15,962 nucleotides of DNA. It comes from Cyanobacteria bacterium P01_D01_bin.156 (GTDB taxonomy: Bacteria; Cyanobacteriota; Cyanobacteriia; Phormidesmidales; Phormidesmidaceae). Within the stretch, counting starts at the first letter, position 1. Each line of letters starts with the position of its first letter. Positions 8,659 through 15,962 of the stretch are shown in pieces. The position numbers and the translations under genes were made by a program. The notes under the pieces were generated by a model, which saw only the letters and a program-made list of their open reading frames with translations, had not been told where the DNA came from and ran no database searches. The stretch spans positions 1-15,962 of the forward strand of contig JBCCQQ010000096.1 in NCBI GenBank assembly GCA_039024555.1, written 5' to 3'.

Positions 8659-8889
8659 ATGACCAATACCCCATCCCAAGAACAAATTTGTCCCGTATGT
8701 GGTGTCACCATCACTAACGATGTTGTGCAATTTTCCAACGGTTCCAAGGGAACCCGTGCTCGACTCTATGCTCGGGTTTGTCAATATGCGAAAAAACCTG
8801 AATGTATTAATCAGGATAAGGAATTGATTGGAGAGGTCCTGCAAGAAGATGGCTTTATGGAAGCTCCCCCCATTAACTTTGGTAGCTAG
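8659..8889 (+). CDS. Small hypothetical protein with four Cys (CPVC...RVC...C), possible metal-binding
   Basis: 76-aa ATG ORF with a CxxC motif plus two more Cys; suitably spaced promoter upstream; stop overlaps the convergent SRPBCC stop. Confidence 0.8.
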   Translation: MTNTPSQEQICPVCGVTITNDVVQFSNGSKGTRARLYARVCQYAKKPECINQDKELIGEVLQEDGFMEAPPINFGS

Positions 8890-9326
8890 CTACCCCGCTC
8901 TGCCACTTGCTTAAGTCGCTTTAACTGGGCCTGCATATCCTGTTGGGTCCAGTCAGCGGCAAATTTCTTAAAACCAAAGGCCACCAATGGGTTAGGAATT
9001 TCGAATTGAAATCGATTGATCAAACGAGTTCCTTTGCCCTCTGGAATACATTCCCAACGATCTTGTCCAACCAAAAAACCTGTAAAGCCCCAGACCACCA
9101 GCCCTGGACGACGCTCTAAAACAGTGCTGGTCAAACTGGGCTCCAGTAGAGGAATTTGAATAATGAACCGGGTTTGACTGTTGAGCTCAGTGCTCCAAGC
9201 ATCCCCCATGGGTTCACAGCGCAGAGCAGGATTAAGCCACTGATGCATGAGAGTGCGATCGCAAATACAGCGCTCTACCGTCGTTGCACTGGCATTGATA
9301 GAAATTGATTGTTCAAATACGCCCAT
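8886..9326 (-). CDS. SRPBCC (polyketide cyclase/START-like) family protein
   Basis: FEQSISINAS...MHQWLNP...VVWGFTGF...DRWEC...GTRLINRF...LKRLKQVAE; size and pattern typical of SRPBCC. Confidence 0.85.
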   Translation of the reverse strand: MGVFEQSISINASATTVERCICDRTLMHQWLNPALRCEPMGDAWSTELNSQTRFIIQIPLLEPSLTSTVLERRPGLVVWGFTGFLVGQDRWECIPEGKGTRLINRFQFEIPNPLVAFGFKKFAADWTQQDMQAQLKRLKQVAERGS

Positions 9327-9378
9327 AAAGCTTTACGTCCATAGGGTCTAAAATAAGCATGCCTCCTTTCAAACAGAG

Positions 9379-9411
9379 AATGGTCGGCACCCTTTAGGAG
9401 TACCAACCATT
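9379..9411 (-). terminator. Intergenic hairpin (terminator or mRNA-stabilising stem) after the chelatase gene
   Basis: Minus strand AATGGTTGGTACTC-CTAAA-GGGTGCCGACCATT: 14-bp stem with three G-U pairs that work only on the minus strand; weak U-tract. Confidence 0.65.
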
Positions 9412-9453
9412 GAAATAAGAATCTAGATGACCATCAATCAAACATCAGTGATA

Positions 9454-10671
9454 CTAGTGTCTGGCATGATGATGATGACTTTGGTGCGCATGGTGGCCAT
9501 GGTGATGTCCGTCATGATGGTGCTCATCATGGTCATTGTGAGCATGGTCGTGATGGTGCCCCAAAACATCTTCACTTAGCTGAATCTGCAAGCTATGGTT
9601 TGCAACCATCCCCTGGTCACTTAGCAAGTCTGAAATCAGACCGTCTACCCAACCAGCCGCCATGGCCGTGAATTCTTCACCATCATTCACACAGGGCATT
9701 TGCACATAGGTTACATCTGGACGCTTACGTCGTAAATGACCAATAATATGATCTACATCCAGTAGGGTTTCATGATTCTCTGTAGCAAACCCAATGGGCA
9801 TAAATACTAGGGCTGTAGCCCCCAAATCCATCAGATTTTTGGCTGCCAGAGTGACATTGGGCTGGGTCCATTCAATCATCGGCGTATCGTGATTGAGCCA
9901 ACCAATAGAAACCAGAGGATAGTGATAAATCAACCGTTCTCGTACCGCTTCATAGAGCAGCTGGCTCTCCGTAATCCCTGACGTAAAGCCCTTAGCTTTA
10001 TGGGGACAGCCATGATTCATCAAAACAATGCCCGTTTGGGAAGACAGGTGGGCCACAGCCAGGTGCTGCTGAATTTTGTCTTTTACCTGCTGTGCCAACA
10101 GATCAATGTAGTCAGGCTGATTATAAAAAGACGGCATATAGCGCGTGCTTTTTAGCCAATGCTCATCGTTCCATGTTTGAGCCAGGGCCTTGTTAACCTG
10201 CTCCACCGCAATGCCACTTGTAAAAATAGAATCTACAACCAACAGGGGATAGATCAAAAGCTTAGTAAACCCCTGAGCCTGTATTTCTTCTAAGACTTGG
10301 TGTGGCAAAAAGGGAGCACAAAAGTTAAACGCCTTAAATACCTTGACCCGATCACCCCATTTAGCCTGCAAATTCTGTTCAATGCCCTCACGCTGACGTT
10401 CAAAAATGGCATTGTGCGGGGAAATAAATTGACCGTGCTGATGATCCCACTCATGCCGGTCGAATAAGGCTAAAAGCTTGGCTAAGGGAGGATAAATCCA
10501 AGTAGGTACTGGTGCAAACTTAGCCGTTAATAGATTGAGGGCTTGTTCATTGTAGTTAGCAAAATCTTCGTAACTTTCTACTTCGCCATATCCCATCAGC
10601 AAAACAGCCACCCGGTTATCGGCTTCGTTTTGCTCTGGGGTCGATAGATGTGTATGCGAAATCGCAACCAT
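9454..10671 (-). CDS. Ferrochelatase-family (HemH-like) chelatase with His-rich C-terminal tail
   Basis: VAVLLMGYG, FNFCAPFL, LIYPL, MNHG, WTQPN, PIGFATENHETLLDVD, MPCVND follow the ferrochelatase motif order; no CAB domain; 20 His in the last 34 residues. Start placed at ATG 10671. Confidence 0.85.
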   Translation of the reverse strand: MVAISHTHLSTPEQNEADNRVAVLLMGYGEVESYEDFANYNEQALNLLTAKFAPVPTWIYPPLAKLLALFDRHEWDHQHGQFISPHNAIFERQREGIEQNLQAKWGDRVKVFKAFNFCAPFLPHQVLEEIQAQGFTKLLIYPLLVVDSIFTSGIAVEQVNKALAQTWNDEHWLKSTRYMPSFYNQPDYIDLLAQQVKDKIQQHLAVAHLSSQTGIVLMNHGCPHKAKGFTSGITESQLLYEAVRERLIYHYPLVSIGWLNHDTPMIEWTQPNVTLAAKNLMDLGATALVFMPIGFATENHETLLDVDHIIGHLRRKRPDVTYVQMPCVNDGEEFTAMAAGWVDGLISDLLSDQGMVANHSLQIQLSEDVLGHHHDHAHNDHDEHHHDGHHHGHHAHQSHHHHARH

Positions 10672-10832
10672 ATAGATGTGTTGGGGGTAGGTTGGGCCGT
10701 CACGATGGACAGACATACGGTAACGCACCTATGTGGGAACTCCGGCTGGCATTGCAAGAATTTAAGACTAGCGAGACGAATTGATACGCAACTGTTGCTA
10801 TCTATTAAGTCTTGCATTGTTGTGTGCTGACC

Positions 10833-11939
10833 TTAATCACTCCATAATCGTCTGCGCTCAGGTCCTTTCAATCGATCATGGGTATCTCTAAGTAGGGTGG
10901 GAATATCTAGGTTCTCTGGACAGCGAGGTAGGCAGTCACCACAGTCAGTGCATCGATTGCCTTTTCGCCCAGGAAACCAATGCCCCGCGCGTTCAAACAT
11001 GCCATAGCGATATTGACCAAATGATTGCATGTCATAGGCCACTGCTAAATTTCGCAGACGTAGCACTTCAGGAATATTGATTGCTTCTGGGCAGGGCAAA
11101 CATTCATAGCACTGGCGACAGTGTTCGGTTCCTAACGCAACATCAGCATGGTTCTGGAGCCGTTCTAAACTTTGGTGCTCTGCTGAGGTCAGCGGAGCAG
11201 TGGAATTTGCCACTTGTAGCGGCCAATCTAATTCAGCAGGTATCGCTGGTCCAATACTTAGGGTGGTGATCCGTGGATCGCTGAGCAGCCAGCGATAGGT
11301 AAGCAACAATGGCTCAAATGGTTTGCATAACTGTTTGAGCTTATCGGGAGGTGTGTATAACTGCCCGCCTTTATCAGCTGGAGAGATAATAAAAATACCC
11401 AGATCTCGCTGATGGGCGAGCTCAATAGCTGGGGCGTTACGTGGGTTGAAAAAGTAGTAATGCAGGTTGATAAAACTGATGATGGGGAGTGCGATCGCAC
11501 GAATCACCACATCTAATGGACCATGGGTGGATACACCGATGTGGCCAACACGTCCATCGTCTAGAACCTGGCTTAACCCTGGCATCATCCCATCCACCTG
11601 CTGCAGGTGTTCAGAGGTATTCACCCCATGCACAGCTAGACAGTCGATGTAATCAGTACCCAGACGCTCCAGTGATTCATCCACTAAGCGCTCAACATCG
11701 CTACCTGGCAGCAATTTAGTAGTCAACACCAACTCCGAACGGTTGATACTGCGGAGAGCTTGTCCAAGGTAGCGTTCACTCTGCCCATAGCCCCGGGCTG
11801 TCTCAATATGATTAATCCCCTGGCTAATAGCCGCCATTAAAACTTGATGCAGCAACTTTGTGTTTTCCAGACAACGCATCAGGCCTAAGGAAAACACAGA
11901 CAGATTTAATTCGGTCTTTCCAAAACGTCTATAGTGCAT
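10833..11939 (-). CDS. Aldo/keto reductase with C-terminal 4Fe-4S dicluster domain
   Basis: YRRFGKT, GINHIETARGYGQSE, SLERLGTDYID; C-terminal CRQCYECLPCP and CTDCGDCLPRCP. Confidence 0.92.
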   Translation of the reverse strand: MHYRRFGKTELNLSVFSLGLMRCLENTKLLHQVLMAAISQGINHIETARGYGQSERYLGQALRSINRSELVLTTKLLPGSDVERLVDESLERLGTDYIDCLAVHGVNTSEHLQQVDGMMPGLSQVLDDGRVGHIGVSTHGPLDVVIRAIALPIISFINLHYYFFNPRNAPAIELAHQRDLGIFIISPADKGGQLYTPPDKLKQLCKPFEPLLLTYRWLLSDPRITTLSIGPAIPAELDWPLQVANSTAPLTSAEHQSLERLQNHADVALGTEHCRQCYECLPCPEAINIPEVLRLRNLAVAYDMQSFGQYRYGMFERAGHWFPGRKGNRCTDCGDCLPRCPENLDIPTLLRDTHDRLKGPERRRLWSD

Positions 11940-11989
11940 GGGCTTAGCCTAGCCCACACTCCAAACAAATCATGGCTAAAAAGAAGAAA

Positions 11990-12487
11990 TTACTGATTCG
12001 AGGATCGACCCTGCTGCGCAAAGTCTGAAGGGCTTATGTTAGACACAAAGTCCCGGAATGCCTCTTTCTCAGCTTCGTCTGCTTCACGATCCACCGGAAT
12101 TGAGGCATCGGCAACCACCTCTTCTACCACCCAAATAGGTGCCCCAGTTCGTAATGCAATGGAAATAGCATCGCTGGGCCGAGAGTCTAATTCCTTAGTG
12201 GTTTCTCCCTTTTTAAGGATCATCGTGGCGTAAAACGTATTGTCCTTTAAAGAATGAATTACCACCCGATCCAACGTTAGTTCCCAGTCATCTAGCAAAT
12301 TTGCAAAGAGGTCGTGGGTCATAGGACGCACAGACTCTTCGTTTTCTAAGGCAACAATAATTGCACGGGCCTGCTCATTAGAAATAAAAATTGGCAGTGC
12401 TCGTCGTTCGGATGCATCACGTAGCAAGATCACAGGATTCCGTGAAACCGCATCCAGTGCAATGCCAGCAACCTTCATTTCGATCAT
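11990..12487 (-). CDS. Bifunctional nuclease family protein (DUF151)
   Basis: MIEMKVAGIALD, RALPIFI, RPMTHDL, TFYA, LDSRPSDAISIALR. Start at ATG 12487 behind GAGGA. Confidence 0.93.
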   Translation of the reverse strand: MIEMKVAGIALDAVSRNPVILLRDASERRALPIFISNEQARAIIVALENEESVRPMTHDLFANLLDDWELTLDRVVIHSLKDNTFYATMILKKGETTKELDSRPSDAISIALRTGAPIWVVEEVVADASIPVDREADEAEKEAFRDFVSNISPSDFAQQGRSSNQ

Positions 12488-12978
12488 GGATACTAATCCT
12501 CTTGGCTCCGCAGCAATCTGACCCAATACTATTTTATTTGTCAGGTTAGTTAGGACAATGAAGATCACCAAAAGCTTTATGTGATACAGCTAACCTGACA
12601 CGCATACGTCCCTTACGGCAGGGACATTAGCTATAGACTGTAGCACCTAAAATTTAGCTAAACTGTGTCGAACTATCTCGGAACATACCGGTCTTAGCCA
12701 GAGAAAAAATCAGTGATAAATAGGCTTATCTAGTTCCAGAACAACTTATTTGAATAAGCTCTACCCCTAAGCGAAGAAAGCGCCTCCAGCATATTAACGA
12801 TTACATAAAAATTTTTATTCAGACTCTAAAAATCTTCATTTGAAACTTTGTGTTCAATAGATTGAGCCCCCATCTCTAAAGACAGGTTGATTTCACACTT
12901 TTAGTTTGCCCAAGCCCATGGTTGTCTGGTCAAAGCTGTAAGGCTAACCTGTTACCCATACAACTTCATCATAGAAAT

Positions 12979-13641
12979 GTGTTTACAGGACTAATTCAAG
13001 CTTTAGGAAAGCTTCAAACTATAGAAGACGATAGGCTTCAAATTCATTGTCTTGAGCCATGTCACCTGATCATGGCAGATATTGAATTGGGGGACAGTAT
13101 TGCAGTTGATGGCGTCTGTCTTACGGTGGAAAAAATTCTTCCCCAAGGATTTATTGCCGCTGTCTCACCAGAAACATTAAAGCGCTCTACATTAGGGCAG
13201 GTTTCTGCGAATCATCTCATCAATTTAGAGTCTTCATTGCGCGTGGGCGCAAAGATAGGAGGACATTTTGTCACAGGCCATGTGGATGGCCAAGGCATCG
13301 TAGAAGCAATTACGAGAACTGATAGTGCTTGGGAGTTTAGCTTTACGATTCCCGATGATCAAACAACACGTTACGTTGTCCCTAAAGGCAGTATTAGTGT
13401 CAATGGAATTAGCCTAACAGTGGCTGAGTGTAACGCTACTGGCAATTGGTTTAAGGTAGCCGTTATTCCTGTGACTTATGACGAAACCAACTTACATAAC
13501 TTGCAAGTCAATGATGCAGTCAACCTCGAAGGAGATATCTTGGGCAAATATGTAGAGAAATTTGCCCATGGAGGATCTGAGAATGGAAACGACACAGCTG
13601 ATATTTCGCTAGATTTTTTAGCGAGCCACGGCTATGGCTAG
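12979..13641 (+). CDS. ribE: Riboflavin synthase (alpha chain)
   Basis: (M)FTGLI start from GTG 12979; GDSIAVDGVCLTV, GGHFVTGHVDG, KGSISVNGISLTV, VNLEGD. Confidence 0.97.
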   Translation: MFTGLIQALGKLQTIEDDRLQIHCLEPCHLIMADIELGDSIAVDGVCLTVEKILPQGFIAAVSPETLKRSTLGQVSANHLINLESSLRVGAKIGGHFVTGHVDGQGIVEAITRTDSAWEFSFTIPDDQTTRYVVPKGSISVNGISLTVAECNATGNWFKVAVIPVTYDETNLHNLQVNDAVNLEGDILGKYVEKFAHGGSENGNDTADISLDFLASHGYG

Positions 13642-13651
13642 CGGAAAAGAA

Positions 13652-14149
13652 TTAGGGACAGTACAGCGTATCTTTAGTTGCTCGACCAGTTATGGGATTC
13701 ACTCCTGTGGCAACCTCACACAACATGTCGTTGGTTTTGAAATCTAAGTCCACATCTGTAAAGTCAGCGCCTTCGATGTTAGCTTTACGAAAATCTGTAC
13801 TAAATGCGTAAGCACCTTCAAGAATGGCGTTTTTCAGATTGGCTCTGATAAATCGAGCTCCATCTAGAGTGGCCCCCGTCATGTCGGCATTCTCTAAGTT
13901 TGCCTTGGTCAGATTGGTGTCAAAAAGCCGCACACCTTGCAAATTGGTATTGCTCAGGTCAGATTCGGCCATGTCGGTGCTGGTGTAGTTATTGCCTCGT
14001 AAATCTTGACCCACAAAACTTTGCTGCCGCAGGCTTTGGCGATCAAAGTTTTCGGCCTGAGCTGGAGAAACCCAACTCAAACACATGACGCATACTAACA
14101 AGCAGCCCAGCAGCCAAGGTTGCCAGTGAATAGAGTCGAAATACCTCAT
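13652..14149 (-). CDS. Exported (periplasmic or thylakoid-lumenal) pentapeptide repeat protein
   Basis: Signal peptide ending PAQA|; pentapeptide repeats; C-terminal LC...GVNPITGRATKDTLYCP with paired Cys. Confidence 0.92.
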   Translation of the reverse strand: MRYFDSIHWQPWLLGCLLVCVMCLSWVSPAQAENFDRQSLRQQSFVGQDLRGNNYTSTDMAESDLSNTNLQGVRLFDTNLTKANLENADMTGATLDGARFIRANLKNAILEGAYAFSTDFRKANIEGADFTDVDLDFKTNDMLCEVATGVNPITGRATKDTLYCP

Positions 14150-14309
14150 AACTTAGCGATCTCAACAGTACTTACTATGCATATTAAAACTGTTTCAGTC
14201 CGCATTAGCATTAGCTTACACACTTGACAGACTTGAAAGATACTGCTGACTTTTTTCTCTAGACTCTCCCCAAAGTACACGCTTTGTTGGTCTTACATTA
14301 ATTGAACGC

Positions 14310-14341
14310 AAAAAAGCCCCTGCCCAAAGGCAGAGGCTTTT
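14310..14341 (-). terminator. Rho-independent terminator of psbDC
   Basis: Minus strand AAAAGCCTCTGCC-TTTG-GGCAGGGGC-TTTTTT, about 24 nt after the psbC stop. Confidence 0.9.
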
Positions 14342-14364
14342 CTAAGACGATTTGAGACCGAAAA

Positions 14365-15962
<1,598 letters not shown>

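Larger units (their letters stand above)
994..11498. repeat. HIP1 octamer GCGATCGC, dispersed
   Basis: Seen at 994, 2292, 3020, 7296, 8047, 9255 and 11491; far above random expectation for an 8-mer in 16 kb, a cyanobacterial hallmark. Confidence 0.9.

Noticed and set aside
8626..8844. 72-aa minus-strand ORF and other short overlapping ORFs
   Set aside because: They overlap better-supported genes and show no recognisable motifs.
12650..12978. FMN riboswitch upstream of ribE
   Set aside because: No RFN core motifs recognised; only short AT-rich dyads such as CTTATT-TG-AATAAG.

Overview
Cyanobacterial chromosomal DNA (psbD-psbC, at least seven HIP1 GCGATCGC octamers; the gene set suggests a filamentous Leptolyngbya-like lineage, which is inference). 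Mostly core genes: the rplS-tRNA-Trp-secE-nusG cluster, map, two tandem TonB-like Pro-rich membrane proteins, a stand-alone pstS with a Pho box and terminator, a small 2-TM protein, a DICT/degenerate HD-GYP gene coupled to a pentapeptide-repeat gene, a 76-aa four-Cys protein, an SRPBCC protein, a His-tailed ferrochelatase-family protein, an aldo/keto reductase with Fe-S motifs, a DUF151 bifunctional nuclease, riboflavin synthase, a secreted pentapeptide-repeat protein, psbC and the 3' end of psbD. I found no mobile element, CRISPR array or defence system. Most worth follow-up: a tight cluster of radical substitutions in CP43 helix IV (possibly a sequencing artefact), the charge-complementary TonB-like pair, the apparently inactive HD-GYP sensor, the His-tailed chelatase, an NtcA-type promoter on the small Cys protein, and several intergenic RNA stems.
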